Assembly: GCA_951406725.2 (NCBI GenBank) | Contig: OX597814.1 | Span: forward strand, 197,656,001-197,720,000 | Length of the DNA: 64,000 bases | From: Octopus vulgaris | Taxonomy: Eukaryota | Reading direction: 5' to 3' | Part shown: one piece after another, positions 50,411-64,000 of the stretch | Layout: each line of letters starts with the position of its first letter | Numbering within the stretch: the first letter of the stretch is position 1 | Notes under the pieces: model-generated | Databases searched by the model: none | Told to the model about the DNA's origin: nothing | The model's input: only the letters and a program-made list of their open reading frames with translations | Program-made: the position numbers and the translations under genes

Positions 50411-51749
50411 ATAATATTAGGAAATTAGTCTTAGGCCATTCTTGATTCCAGTCTTATATATTCATTTATACTTAAGGCATAATAATTCTTTTGTGGGGGT
50501 GAATTTTAGTAGTAACTTAACCACATGTTGTCTTAGGCTTATGGCTTTAAATCCTGTTTTATTAGATCTCGGCCGTGGATCTCCAATGCCTTTTGATGTT
50601 CCTTATATTTAATTTGTTCCAGTTGCCTTTCATTGTACTTACTACATTTTCTTCTTTAAGGATTTTGTTGACATTAGCAGCTTCGAAATTGGGTAAAGAC
50701 AGTCTGTCTCCATTATCCTAGAGTTCTTTTATATATTCAACCCACAAAATTCAATCTGATTATAATCAAGTAGCGTTCGCATTTTTGTCTTTAACTTTGC
50801 CTCTTTTTGCATTCTGCCGTTTGTAATCTTAGATATTCTATTTGTATAATATTTCTTTGTATTTATGTTCGTTATTAATTTTTTCATATTTTCTTAGCAT
50901 TGACCATCCACTCATTTAATGATTTTGCTTTTCAACATTCACAACAAACCTTTTTATTAAATTGTTATAGCTATCTTTATATTCATTTCTCTCCTTCTTT
51001 GAGTTTTGACAGAATTCCCTCACTCGTCCATTTTCTTCTCACTTTCTCCCTCTCGTTTCAAGAAGTGCTTTTCTTTTCTTTACAAATATTTACATGCAGG
51101 TTTTAATTATATTCTAATTATTTTCTTTCTGTTTATTCTTTATTATACGATTCGTGTATTCCTTCTTTTTAATGTGCAAATATTCGAACTTGTTTCGTAT
51201 TTCCACTTTAGATTTGTTTGTATTCTGACTGTCTTGGCAAGTTTATGTTTAACTGTTCTCATCTTTTAGCCAATTTCATTTCCTCAAGTTTCATTCGAAA
51301 TTTAATTACCACTGGATTATGGCGTCTCTATTGATAAGCTTTTGCAAGTTTCACAGTTTCGAAACCACCAATTTATCAGAAGATATAGACAATCTGACTT
51401 CTTGTACCATCTCTGCAACACGTATATAATTTCCGTTGTGGATACTCAAATGGTGTTCGTGCCTACGAAATTGTATACTTGTCAGAAATGCATCATTAGT
51501 CACCTTTTCCATTTCTTTTGTTTTATCCATATTGAGCTATTCTGCTGTCGGTGTTTCATCTGCTGACTTTGGCTATAAAACCACTCATTACACGGTTTCT
51601 TTAGCGTATTTCTTACACTTTGAATTTGTAAGAAGAAACCTTATATTTCTTCAACATTGTGTTCTGGTGTCGGAACGAATACTTTTAAGACTTTCGCGTT
51701 GACGGTATTTCTTAGCGTTTCATCAATATTCGTCCAGTTGATATTCTTT

Positions 51750-52214
51750 TACTTGTTTGTCATTTGACTGCGGCCATATTGTTCAGTTCAGTATCTGGTT
51801 ATCTTTATCTCATAATCTCTTGTTTGTTTCATTCATTGGACTTCGGCCATGCTGGGGCATCGATTTGAAGAGATTTAGTTGAACGAATCGACCCCAGTAC
51901 ATATTCTTCCAAAGCCTGGTATTTATTCTATCAGTATCTTTAGCCGAACTGCTAAACACACAACACCAGTGGTCAAGCTAAACACACAACACCAGTGGTC
52001 AAGCTAAACACACAACACCAGTGGTCAAGCGGTGGCTGGTTACAAACACAAAGATAAGCACGGACAGACACGCACGTACATACATACATACATACATACA
52101 TACATCTGTAAAAGTAATATGTGACAATTATTCGGTAGCCATGATAAAACTCCGAGTTTCGGATGCCGATGTGGAAATCCATGCCGCCATCTCTTCAGTT
52201 ATCCGGCCATCGGA

Positions 52215-52261
<47 letters not shown>

Positions 52262-52418
52262 GCTTCTTCCAGTTACCGTCTACCAAATCCACTCATAAGG
52301 CTTTGGTCGGTTCTTAGGCTATACAAGAAGACAACCAAGGTTCCACGTGGTGGGACAGACCCCGGATCAGTATGGTTGAGAAGCAAACTTCTTACCACAA
52401 AACCCAGTCTGCGCCTAT
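51750..52418 (-). mobile_element. old SINE A with internal 26-bp triplication (51951-52030)
   Basis: GCTAAACACACAACACCAGTGGTCAA x3 inside recognisable A sequence. Confidence 0.8.
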
Positions 52419-53296
52419 AGTTATGGATTTTGTTATAGAATCTTGAATGCTTTCTTTCCACCAGAACACAAGACTGTATCATTATTTTCCTTGTAATTTT
52501 ACCATCCTCTCTCCTCCTAATTTCAGAATTTCCACAGTATCACTATTTATATTTTTCCTGTATAATAATGTCAAATGGTCTTGGCTGATATTGAGTTCTT
52601 ATGTTCCATGTTCCTAGTTGTACGAGCCTTGTCCTTAGACTTAAAAATATAACTATCCGATAGTAACTTACAATTAAGGTTCAGATTACCAGTCTTCATC
52701 AGAACTGTACCTCTAACAGAGGAGCTCCTTGTTTCTTCATTGTTGTTAGAACATAACTACAGCTTGAGGTTAACTCTAAGGGCCCCAGATACTTTATCAT
52801 TTTATTGCAATCTTTTAATGCTATTTCGGAGTCCCATTCTCTTCCATGTTAGCTACCCACTAATCTTTTAATGTCTTATAAGTGCTATGGATGTGACACA
52901 CATTTTGTTATCATGCAGTCGTTAATCTTTAATTTCTTTAATCAGCCTCTTACACCTTCCCAGTTTTCGTTACTTTCTCTGTACGTTCGTATTTTCAAAA
53001 CTATTGATATTCATTGCTTAGCCAAAGCAAAGTGCTGTAGCCTGGCCATAAATGTACCCTACGGATTTCTTCGGTAAGATGAGGTTACAAAGGCATTACT
53101 ACTCAGGAACCAACACGTAATTTATTATGGGATTTGTCATTCGACTTACGGAATTATCTGGTCATTGAATTAACATTAACCCTTAACATGATTCTTGGAT
53201 GAAATCAGCAAGAAACAGAGATAAGACCGATCATTTAAATTACAGCTGTAATCCCTCCGACGGCTTTAGTACAGTTTCCGTCAACTTTCTTTCACA

Positions 53297-53660
53297 TAGG
53301 CGCAGGAGTGGCTGTGTGGTAAGTAGCTTGCTTACCAACCACAGGGTTCCGGGTTCAGTCCCACTGCGTGGCATCTTGGGCAAATGTCTTCTGCTATAGC
53401 CCCGGGCCGACCAATGCCTTGTGAGTGGATTTGGTAGACGGAAACTGAAAGAAGCCCGTAGTATATATGTATATATATATATATATGTGTGTGTTTGTGT
53501 GTCTGTGTTTGTCCCCCTAGCATTGCTTGACAACCGATGTTGGTGTGTTTACGTCCCCGTCACTTAGCGGTTCGGCAAAAGAGACCGATAGAATAAGTAC
53601 TGGGCTTACAAAAGAATAAGTCCCGGGGTCGAGTTGTTCGATTAAAGGCGGTGCTCAGCA
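53297..53660 (+). mobile_element. SINE A, 3'-truncated, flanked by a 92-bp direct duplication
   Basis: 53205-53296 = 53655-53746 with 4 mismatches. Confidence 0.92.
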
Positions 53661-54542
53661 TGAAACGGAGATAAGACCGATCCTTTAAATTACAGCTGTA
53701 ATACCTCCGACGGCTTTAGTACAGTTTCCGTCAACTTTCTTTCACACATAAGGTCTATGGTAAAAGACACCTATCTAAGATGCCAAGACCACGTGACTGT
53801 GAGACGAATTTCTTAATCGTACAGCCATGCTACATTCACCATACATCATTGTCGAAAGTATTGACTATTTGTGTATGAACATAGATACAAAGCAGATATG
53901 GCTGTTCGTTAAGAAGTCATATATTTTCTGTTCGATTCAGCTGTTCGAGATTTGGGTTTATTTTATTCTTTTATTCTTTTACTTGTTTTAAGTCATTTGA
54001 CTGTGGCCATGCTGGAGCACCGCCTTTAGTCGAGCAAATCGACCCCAGGTCTTATTCTTTGTAAGCCTAGTACTTATTATATCGGTTTCTTTTGCCGAAC
54101 CACTAAGTTACGGGGACATAAACTGCTGCTGGTGTGTTTACGCCCTCGTTAATTACGGTTCGGCAAAAGAGGCCGATAGAATAAGCACCAGACTTTGAAA
54201 AATTATGTCCTCTTGATAGCTCCTACGTTAGTCATAACCAAATATTGAAGAAAACTTACTTATCTCCCTTCCTTTCTTTTCAGTTGACAGCAGAGTAAAT
54301 GTTGATGGTGTGAGCTGCATTTTGAAGCTGGCCATGACACACCAAACCTGCTTAGATGAAGTGGTAACACGCAGTAAACCGCAATGAAAACAAGCGGTAC
54401 ACTGGATTGAATTTTCGGGAAAAGGTACCGTTGATAATCAAATTTACTTCACTTTTTTTTTAACTATATAAATAGGATATTTAAAAATTGAGTTGCTGTC
54501 TTTTCCTACTTGGCACTCCATCGTCTTATGTCTAAAAATTGC

Positions 54543-54947
54543 GGATCTTTTCGGTTTGAACGGCAGTTTTTTCTAGCGGTGTCATATGAAATTGTCACCC
54601 ATAATTATGACCCGAGTATCGATCTATTGCATTTCAATCTGTTTTAGGGATAGGGTTAGGGGTGACGGGGAAGGGTATCTTTTTTCTTCACAAATGTAAA
54701 TAAACCCAATTTGTTTCTTAAACGAGGGACATATTCATACGGCACAGAATGTTTTTTTACCTCAATAGACGTCAGTGATTGGTTGAAATTGCAGAAATTA
54801 AAGAAAAAAAACAACAAATATCTTGCAAACTATAGAATTTTCTCAATAAAGCCAAGAGAAAAAGATGTTTTATAAACACATTCTACCAGTATACGAAGTT
54901 TAAAATTTTTTTGTTACCTAGAAATTATGTTCAAACCGAAAAGATCC
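54543..54947. mobile_element. 405-bp MITE with perfect 19-bp TIRs
   Basis: GGATCTTTTCGGTTTGAAC ... GTTCAAACCGAAAAGATCC; no clear TSD. Confidence 0.85.
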
Positions 54948-55317
54948 AAAAGAACTAAAAAATAATTAACGGAAATTCTCAAAACCATAAACAAAAGTTG
55001 TAAAAGGCGAATAGCTACAAAAAGAACATAAAATATTACGCTAATTAAATCGAAATCACACTGGAAAGAATTAAAATAAATAGAAGAGAAAAGAGAATAT
55101 GATCTTTCTGAATATTACAATAAATAGTAGCAAAATATGTTCCGAGATTAAGAATATCGTCTTAATTAATGAAAGGAATGCCCCAGCATGACCGTGGTCG
55201 TGACGGTTAAAGCAATCTAATAATTAATAATTTGCATTATATTAAGCGCAGTTCGTTAATAGGTTCACGAGTATAACTCACTGATGGGCGACAACCAAAT
55301 AGGTGTTTTGAAATATT

Positions 55318-55471
55318 AGGAGCGGCTGTGTGGTAAGTAGTTTGCTTACCAACCACATGGTTCTGGGTTCAGTCCCACTGTGTGGCACCTTGGGCAAATG
55401 TCTTCTACTATAGCCTCGGGTCGACCAAAGCCTTGTGAGTGAATTTGGTAGACAACTGAAAGAAGCCCATC

Positions 55472-55544
<73 letters not shown>

Positions 55545-55770
55545 TGTGTGTGTGCGTACATGTTTGTGTGTTTGTGTTTGTTCCCCCCAACATCGCTTGA
55601 CAACCGATGCTGGTGTGTTTACCTCCCCGTAACTTAGCGGTTCTGCAAAAGAGACCGATATAATAAGTACTAGGCTTACGAATAATAAGTCCTGGGGTCG
55701 ATTTGCTCGACTAAAGGCGGTGCTCGAGCATACCCACAGTCACATGACTGAAACAAGTAAAAGTGAAGAG
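55318..55770 (+). mobile_element. SINE family A, full length
   Basis: Head, core, microsatellite and tail all present. Confidence 0.9.
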
Positions 55771-55850
55771 TATATGACAATTTTTTTATTACTTAATACA
55801 GTTACCAAGATTAGTTCTATATAGTGATAGTCACACAAGAAGATTTAATA

Positions 55851-56510
55851 TCTATACTATAATTAAAGCTGCATATTAATAAAGTTGGAGTATGTAACTT
55901 TAACGGAAATCAATGACTAAAGTATATAGTGTCTAGAAATTTTTCATAAATTCCAACTTTAATATATTTTCGTCGAAATGTGGTTTTTAACTTTGTTTTA
56001 TTATTGACGATTTCAACTTCACGATTCAAACACAAAGCTAATTTTTACTCACTTCGTTGTAGGTATCTTACACTGCGTCTTTAACATCTCTGATAATACT
56101 TCTTGAAATATAATGATCGTCCAAATATTTGCAACGCTACATTCTATAAACACATCAGTAAAATATTTCTCCAAACTATTATAAGTTTAATCCAGCGTCA
56201 GCCAATTTACTTTGATTCCAGTCTCCTCTCACATTTGTTGAGTGTTGCTGATGACGATAAACCAAGGACTTTTATGTAGCAATGTTGAGTCAACATAATA
56301 GTCTGATTTCTTCATAACTTCTCACACTGTCTCTGACTGCCTGGTAATATTAATTTATTTACTGAGCGAGTGGGTACTATTAGACAAAGATTGCAAAGGA
56401 AAATTAGGAGTAACATACGAGAAAATAACACAAATTGGGTATCAAATATGTAAATACCATTTAGCGACGAGCAGAAAACCGCCCGGGGAGTTGGTCTTTC
56501 TGCTAATTAT
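55851..56510 (+). mobile_element. possible non-autonomous Helitron
   Basis: 5' A|TCTATACTATAATTAAAG; 3' GC-rich imperfect hairpin then GCTAAT (cf. CTAG-T). Confidence 0.35.
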
Positions 56511-57034
56511 ATATAATACATACTAATCTTTGGGTGATCAAATAAGAAATCCTAACTGGAATCTTAGTAATTATAAATAAGTATAGTCTTCATATTATGC
56601 AGAGATGTCGGGTTTTATCTTTTTAAATAATCTTTATCATTTTATACAGCTAAACATGCAAGTGAATAAAGAATATAAAACACTTTAAACTTAACAAGTG
56701 ATACATTAGGAGACTAGGAAAACAAAACCTGGCCAATCAAATATTTCCTAAAAGATTGGTGTCCAATATTTGCTTTCTTGATTACTATGTAATCTGATTA
56801 AACAAAGATTTTGTCTTATAGTGAGATTGTCCCACATACTCTACACACATCCATGTATGTTGTAGTTGTTAGGGTGAGACGTACTTTTGTATTATCAGCT
56901 GCTGTATGTAACAGTATTGGAATATTTTTTAAAAAAACCACGTTGAGAGACTGTTTCTGTTTGTTCACCTTTAATTCAACTATTTTTCTAAATATTGCCT
57001 TTCTACTTTGTAAAATCCAAAGTAAAAAAAAATC

Positions 57035-57064
57035 TGTGCATGTATTTGTGTGTGTGTATGTATG

Positions 57065-57114
<50 letters not shown>

Positions 57115-57218
57115 ATTAGACATACAATTATGCGGATATATGTGTATATATATGTGTATGCATATATCTGTGCATGTATGTATCTCTGTGTGTATAATTC
57201 GACATATATTTATGCGGA

Positions 57219-57253
<35 letters not shown>

Positions 57254-57600
57254 GCATATATTTGTGTGTATGTATGTACCTATGTATGTATAATTAGACT
57301 GTTATCCTATATATTTGTGTATATATAAATATGTGTGTGTGTGTGTCTGTATGCATATATTTATCTGTATGTACGTACGTATCTATGTATGCATAATCAG
57401 ACATACATTTCTACGTATATATTTGTGTATGTCTATATGTATGTATGTATGCATATATCTGTCTGTGTATAGCTATGTATGTATGTATGTATGTATGTAT
57501 GTATGTATGTATGTATGTATGTATGTATGTATGTATCTGTGTGTGTATGTATGTATGTATGTATGTATATATGTATATATGTATGTATGTATTTATGTAT
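57035..57600. repeat. TATG/TG/TA low-complexity tract
   Basis: Direct reading. Confidence 0.95.
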
Positions 57601-58461
57601 CTCCCGTTCCATATTCTAGCTAAATTCATTTTCTGAGTCGAATCAACAATATTTTGGAAGGGGGTTAAAATGGAATTAAACACTAATCTTATTATCATCA
57701 TACAGCTAATCCTAACGATCAATTATAAGAGAACAATATTTAAAAAAAATACGTCTGTTCCTGTTCCAGAAATTTTTCGTTGTCTTCTTTCACATAGCAA
57801 GATCTTCTCCTTCCTAATTCACTGATTCAATCAATATTTATCTCTGTTTGTTTCTTCTTTTTTCTTTTTATCCCAATTTACAAACAAATACTAACGATAA
57901 AAATCAAATTTTACTTTTTATCCTACTCTAACATTGCTTTTGGAGATTTTAAATGCTTGTCATTGATTCAAAAAACTATTTTGTTTTTGATGTCTAATTT
58001 CCGTTTAAAGAATAGCCATGAGGGATAGCTTAGTTAATGGAAAAATATGGAGACCGAGATTTTTTTTTATTTCGTTTTATGCTTTTTTTATTTCTTTTTT
58101 TCTTCTACCCTTCAGTTTAATCTTGTCTTAAAGAATTTATTTAATTCTGAAATGATCTGTGAATAACAAAAGATGTGGGTTAAAAGACAACAAGTAGGAG
58201 ACAGAGAATTTTATTAGCATTATTATTCATCAATCTGGATTAGTGTATCACGAATATCTTGTATTTTTTCTTGGCCCGCTCTCAGGCGCTGGCATGGTTG
58301 TGTGGCTAATGAAGCTCGCTTTGCAACCAAGTGTTGTGTTTTCGGGTTCAATTCCCCTCCATGAGACCATGAGTGTCTTCTACTATAGTCCCAGACCAAC
58401 CAATTCTTTGTGAGTGAATTTGGTAGGCAGAAACTGTATACGAGTTGAGTACTGGGGGCAA

Positions 58462-58851
58462 TTATCCTTTTCTACTCTAAGCACAAGGCCCGAAATTTTA
58501 AGGGAGGGAGCCAGTCGATTAGATCAACCACAGTACGTAACTGGTACTTATTTAATCGACCTCGAAAAGATGAAAATCAAAGTCGACCTCGGTGGAATTT
58601 GAACTCAGAACATAAAGACAGACGAAATACCTATTTCTTTTACTACCCACAGAGGGGACAAACAAGGACAGACACACGGATTAAGTCAATTATATCAACC
58701 CCAGTGCGTAACTGGTACTTAATTTGATCGACCCCGAAAGCATGAAAGGCAAAGTCGACCTCGGCGGGATTTGAACACAGAACGTAAAGACGGACGGAAT
58801 ACCGCTAAGCATTTCGCCCGGTGTGCTAGCGTTTCTGCTAGCTCGCCGCCT
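58462..58851 (-). mobile_element. SINE B heterodimer (head-body-tail 1-body-tail 2)
   Basis: Junction GACGAAATACC|TATTTC at 58621-58637. Confidence 0.9.
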
Positions 58852-58854
58852 TAC

Positions 58855-59085
58855 AACACACTTTATTTCACGTTGCTCCAATCCGCTTAGCTGGCAAAAA
58901 GAAGTAATACCTGTATTTCAAAGATCCAGAGTTGTCACATTCTGCTTTACGCTGAATCGCCCTGAGAATTAAGTTAAGGGTACGCATGTTTGTGGAGTGC
59001 TCAGCCCCTTGCGCGTCAATTTTACGAGTAGGCTGTGCCATTGGTCGGACCAATTTGAACCCTTATTGTTGTGGCTAGTGAAGTG
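58855..59085 (+). mobile_element. SINE family C, headless
   Basis: ACACTTTATTTCACGTTGCTCCA..CCTGTATTTCAAAG..GTGGAGTGCTCAGCC. Confidence 0.8.
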
Positions 59086-59129
59086 ACAGTAGTTCTCTAT
59101 TAATCACCAAAACCATATTCTTTTCTTTT

Positions 59130-59332
59130 CTTTTATTCTTTTACTTGTTTCAGTCATTTGACTGCGGCCATGCTGGAGCACCGCCCTTAGTCGAATCAAA
59201 TCGACCCAGGACTTATTCTTTGTAAGCGTGGTACTTATTATATCGGTCTCTTTTGCCGAACCGCTAAGTTACAGAGACCTAAACACACCAGCATCGGTTG
59301 TCAAGTGATGTTGGGGGGACAAACACAAACAA

Positions 59333-59398
<66 letters not shown>

Positions 59399-59570
59399 AT
59401 ATATACAACGGGCTTCTTTCAGTTTCTGTCTACCAAATCCACTCACAAGGCTTTGGTCGGCGCGAGGCTATAGTAGAAGACACTTGCCCAAGGTGCCACG
59501 CAGTGGGATTGAACCCGGAAACATCTGGTTGGTAAGCAAGCTACTTAACACACAACCACTCCTACGCCTA
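59130..59570 (-). mobile_element. SINE family A, full length
   Basis: Family-diagnostic motifs. Confidence 0.9.
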
Positions 59571-60399
59571 TATATGTAAATTATATAAATTCATTTCCCC
59601 TCTATTATAACTTATCCTATCCTTTAATATTTTGATTCGCTGTGACTAAGTGCAAGAAATTCTGTATTAAAGGTTTACTGGAATGTGCAGAGTTGATTAG
59701 ATCAGCCGATGATTAACAGTCCCTGTGCCTAATTAAGACACTCTGATTATGAGTGTTAAAGGGATGAAATGCGTTGTATTAACTCGAAACAGACGGAAGC
59801 TAAATTATATGTTGTAAAATATTTGATTCAACCCTGTATCATTCCAGTTATTTCTACTACCAAAATATTATATATTTCTTTTCTATTAAATTAAATATTA
59901 TCATATCTGTATATTAGCCACCCAAGGCTCAATGTTTGGTCAGATAACGAGACATACTTTTATCTGTTATGTTATTATCTACAACCTAGTGCAAACGTCA
60001 TACGTTATCCTTGGGCAATCATGTATTGTACGATCATTAAACAACTAGAAAACCAACTTGTTTATTACAATGGACTCTTTAACCAGTAAAATTGTATTAT
60101 CTTTGAATGTATAATAAATTAACAATGAAAGGCCGTAAGCTTTCAACATTCGTTAATTAAAACACTGGAAAAACGTTGCCTTTTATTACTTCTTGGAATA
60201 TAAATAAGAATGTTGTCCCAAAACTAATGTAAAACTGTGCATAACCGTTTATTAACTGACATAGGTTATTCAAATCATAATTGTTGATAAAGTAACTATT
60301 CCTCTATAGACCCTTCGTATATATTTTATTATTCATATATCCTTTTAGAACTGTAAGCAATATAGCTTTTAAACAAGTTATAAATCACAGCATATACTG

Positions 60400-60630
60400 T
60401 TTTACTCTTTTACTTGTTTCAGTCATTTGACTGTGGCCATGCTGAAGCACCACCTTTAGTCAAACAGATCGACCCCAGGACTTATTCTTTGGAAGCCTAG
60501 TACTTATTCTATCGGTCTCTTTTGCCGAACCGCTGAATTACGGGGATGTAAACACACCACCATCGGTTGTCAATGTTGGGGGGACAAACACAGATAAACA
60601 AACATATACACACACACATATACATACATA

Positions 60631-60687
<57 letters not shown>

Positions 60688-60821
60688 GATGGGTTTCTTT
60701 CAGTTTCCGTCTACCAAATCCACTCACAAGGCTTTGGTCGGCCCAAGGCTATAGTTGGAATGAACCCGGAACCATGTGCTTCGTAAGCAAGCTACTTACC
60801 ACACAGCCACTCCTGCGCCTA
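60400..60821 (-). mobile_element. SINE family A with internal deletion of the CORE-like box
   Basis: GGCTATAGT joined directly to TGGAATGAACCCGG. Confidence 0.88.
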
Positions 60822-61523
60822 TATACCAACGGTCATTTGAGTATATATATATTTTTTTGTTGTTGTTGTTTTGTTTCGATACCGAGTTAGTATAATGTTT
60901 TCAGTTTGGGGCACAAGGCCAGACACCGATTTAGCATATTCTGAATTCGTATAATAAATATGGAGAGATTTTTTTTTATCAGTTTAGAGCTGAAAATATT
61001 TACAAGAGCAACACATAAAGTTGTAATCACACCAATAACACCAGAGATATATTTATAAAAAAGAAACATCGATACGATTACGATTACGATAACTACGAGA
61101 CTCTTGATGATAAATTATTCTGTCAGCCGACTTGGAGTGTTAATCTAATCAATAATATCCGATGTTACATTTGGATGACAGAATTGTAAGATCCTTGTGC
61201 TCAACTATGCCACCCAGACAACCCCAGGCGAACCTGCTTCCGTCTGGTAACTTGACAGACAAGTCAAAACTTTGTGAGGTCTGTCAGTTATTGTAGCACA
61301 AGTAGTCACACATGAATAACTGCATTGGTTTGAAACACGAATCTTGCGATAGACATTTGTTCAAAATAAACTATAATCTCTACAACAGAGACTTAGTATT
61401 CACTTTCTCATTGCATGTATGTATGTGTATATGTGCATACATGTACAGATATGGAACACGTGTATATTATATAAAGCATTAATACCGATTACATTTTCTG
61501 TGTTCCTCTTCGTGTGTGTATAC

Positions 61524-61584
<61 letters not shown>

Positions 61585-61589
61585 GATAT

Positions 61590-61959
61590 ATATACTCCGT
61601 TCTGTCTGTGTGTGTGTCTTCTAGGTTCTCGGGCATCTTCCATCCGATTGCGCTCAAATTTGATATGTAGATACCGACGGTATCAGGGCGTGTATAAGTT
61701 TTGAAAAAAATTACAAAAATCGATTCCAGGCGAGAATGCGATCGATAAAGCCGTAGGAACGTGCATCTGTAAAATCGCTTTTCTTGGAATAAAAAAAAGT
61801 CTATCTTTATTTCTTCTTTTGTTAGTGTCTCAAATTTAGGTTAAATCAGTGTTTCTCAAAGGGGAGACCTATGGGACGGTCGGACAAGTTGTTTTGAGAA
61901 AATTTGGTTTAAATGTTTGACAACTCAGCACCGTCCACTGGATGGGGGGCGTTTTGCTC

Positions 61960-61962
<3 letters not shown>
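61590..61962 (+). mobile_element. Helitron/HINE-like non-autonomous element between TA tracts
   Basis: 5' TCTGTCTGTGTG microsatellite, ATCCGATTGCGCTCAAATTTG motif, 3' hairpin CCGTCCACTGGATGG and GCTCGTA end. Confidence 0.5.
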
Positions 61963-62010
<48 letters not shown>

Positions 62011-62013
<3 letters not shown>

Positions 62014-62975
62014 TAGAATTCCTCTAATTTGAACGTGTGCTATGTTCAAGTTAGGGGACGCTGTTCAAATTTCGAAAAGAAAAGGTGTTAAAATATTACC
62101 TCGTACTTTTCCGGGTACCTCCACTAGTATTTAATGTATATATTAAGGTGAGTACATTATACATTTTAAAGAATCATTAAATATCATTGCTACAAAAACA
62201 TTGGAAATAAATTAATATTAAATAATGTTAGTTGTTAAATATTTATTACATAAATTACCTGCATCTAACAACCAGTCTAACAACTCTATACAATACTTTT
62301 ATTCAGTCATAGAATGAGCTTCTTCACTTTCGTTTCTGTCTTCATTTATCAAACTCACGGGGGGCTGCCATTGCATTCCTTAAGCGATCACGAAACTCCA
62401 CTATTTCCCGGTGCTGTAGTCTCTTTGTGATCATATCCTTTCGAAGTAACATTGCTTGCAAAACATAGTTATCACTAAAGTAAGGATTCCTTTCTAGAAA
62501 TTTAACACTATCTCCATAGACTTTTCTGCATTATCCCATGATATTTCCTCATTAGAGTATTCTTGGCCATTTTCATTAAGCTCCCTGTCGTTGTCGCTAA
62601 TTTCATGACCATTATTTTTTTTCAGGACATTGTTCAGTTGTTCCTTCATCTTGTCGCTTCCACATTTAAATTTCATTTGAAGAACAGTGTTTGGTTGGAA
62701 ATCGTATAGTTTCAAGAATATTTTGTACTCCAGATCTATTCTCTGCTTCTTTCATTTCAGGAGCACTAGACACTAGGTATAATTTTCCCCACGCTTTTGT
62801 TAATGTGCCTGTTCGAACCTGATTTCATGCACTTGAGAGGGAAGAAAATGGCATCTTTGATGGTCAAATTGCGTTGGAAATTGCTTATACTAACATTGCT
62901 ATTTATCATATTCATCATGAAATCATTTCTGTAGAAACATTTTAAGTTCCAAAAAAGGCCATATATTGAAAACAC
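62011..62975 (-). mobile_element. pogo/Tigger DNA transposon 3' portion
   Basis: TA-CAGTAGAATTCCTCTAATTTGAAC terminus; minus-strand GLFWNLKCFYRNDFM..LTIKDAIF (DDE_1 C-terminal) and acidic tail, frameshifted. Confidence 0.75.
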
Positions 62976-63736
62976 GAGTATATATTCCTATATGCAAATA
63001 CTTAGGTGTATACATATGTGTACATACATATGTATGTGTTTGTGTATATATGTGCGTATTATGTATGTTTATATAATACAGAAAGAGATACACTTATACA
63101 GATATATTAACAATAACGAAAGGAGGAGAAGAAGAAGAAGAAGAAGAGGAGGAGGAGAAAAGAAGAGAAGAAGAGAGGTGATGAAGATGGGAGAGGGAAA
63201 GATAATAAAGAAAATATAATAGAAAGACTACCTTCCTGCAAAGTTAAAAAAACAGAACGAAATAGGTTTTGGAAGACTGTCAATTGTTGAAATTCTTCAA
63301 ATATATTGAAAAATAGCACATGTTCTGGTGCTAATCGATAATTTGATTAAAAGGAACCCATTTTCAAGAACCTTTGAATATTTCTACCTGACAGTGAGCC
63401 AACTTGTGACCTACTTCATTTCAAATATATAACAACTCATTGAAAACAAGAAATAACTAGATTAAATTCCACGAGAAAACCCCCTCCTTTTTTTTTTCTT
63501 TTTGTCACATCTTACATTCCTTTCATACTTATATTCACAATCTTCCTCACCTTACACGTCGTCATACTCATTCTCACCTTTTCTTGTCATACTTATCGTT
63601 ATCAAATTTTGGAATAATTCTCTGGAAAAATTTAATTTTTGCGAAGTAGTTTGTTGCAAGAGTGACGCGTGTAAAGAACAACAAGAATTTCTCTTCGCTC
63701 AGTATCAACGCGATGCTTCACTGTCGCCAGACATTC

Positions 63737-63789
<53 letters not shown>

Positions 63790-63884
63790 TATAATTATTA
63801 AATGTGTGGTAATGTGTGCCCACGTATCAAAAATAGACAGAACGTTTATATAGGTATGTATGTGTGTATATATATGTGTATGTG

Positions 63885-63917
<33 letters not shown>

Positions 63918-64000
63918 ATGTGTGTGTGTGTGTATGCATATACAAGATATATGGATATATGTATGTTTGTGTATGTAAGTGTCTGTACTTGTATGTATGT

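Larger units (their letters stand above)
47870..52720 (-). mobile_element. near full-length decayed RTE LINE with nested insertions
   Basis: Collinear on the minus strand: LGTWNIRT (~52600), RKLYT..DGTRSQIVYI..HNPVV (~51310-51440), GVRQGCV (~48680), KAGICV (cf. YLG), KTLLKCYVWFSLVYGVETW..LQAFEMWT*RRLLRISWTEH (~48090-48260). Confidence 0.85.

Overview
AT-rich, microsatellite-dense eukaryotic DNA with no confidently identifiable host protein-coding gene. It reads as intron or intergenic sequence. The SINE content resembles octopus/coleoid cephalopod repeats, which is an inference from recall and not from a search. The window holds dozens of copies of about four tRNA-derived SINE families built from shared modules, decayed non-LTR retrotransposons (R4/Dong-type RLE, RTE, CR1), Tc1/mariner and pogo/Tigger remnants and MITEs, Helitron-like and Penelope-like remnants, and simple repeats. 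Almost all supplied ORFs are microsatellite, SINE or LINE read-throughs. The main observations are: (1) an intact-looking minimal type I hammerhead ribozyme at 28054-28113; (2) a SINE family forming 'one head + n bodies' tandem arrays that share the same palindromic junction at four independent loci; (3) a 3' stem-loop shared by a SINE tail and an RTE LINE end; (4) several readable rearrangements: a MITE that captured 241 bp of neighbouring DNA, a SINE-SINE unequal crossover, and a 92-bp target duplication; (5) a speculative compact spliced micro-gene on the minus strand near 35.4-35.9 kb.
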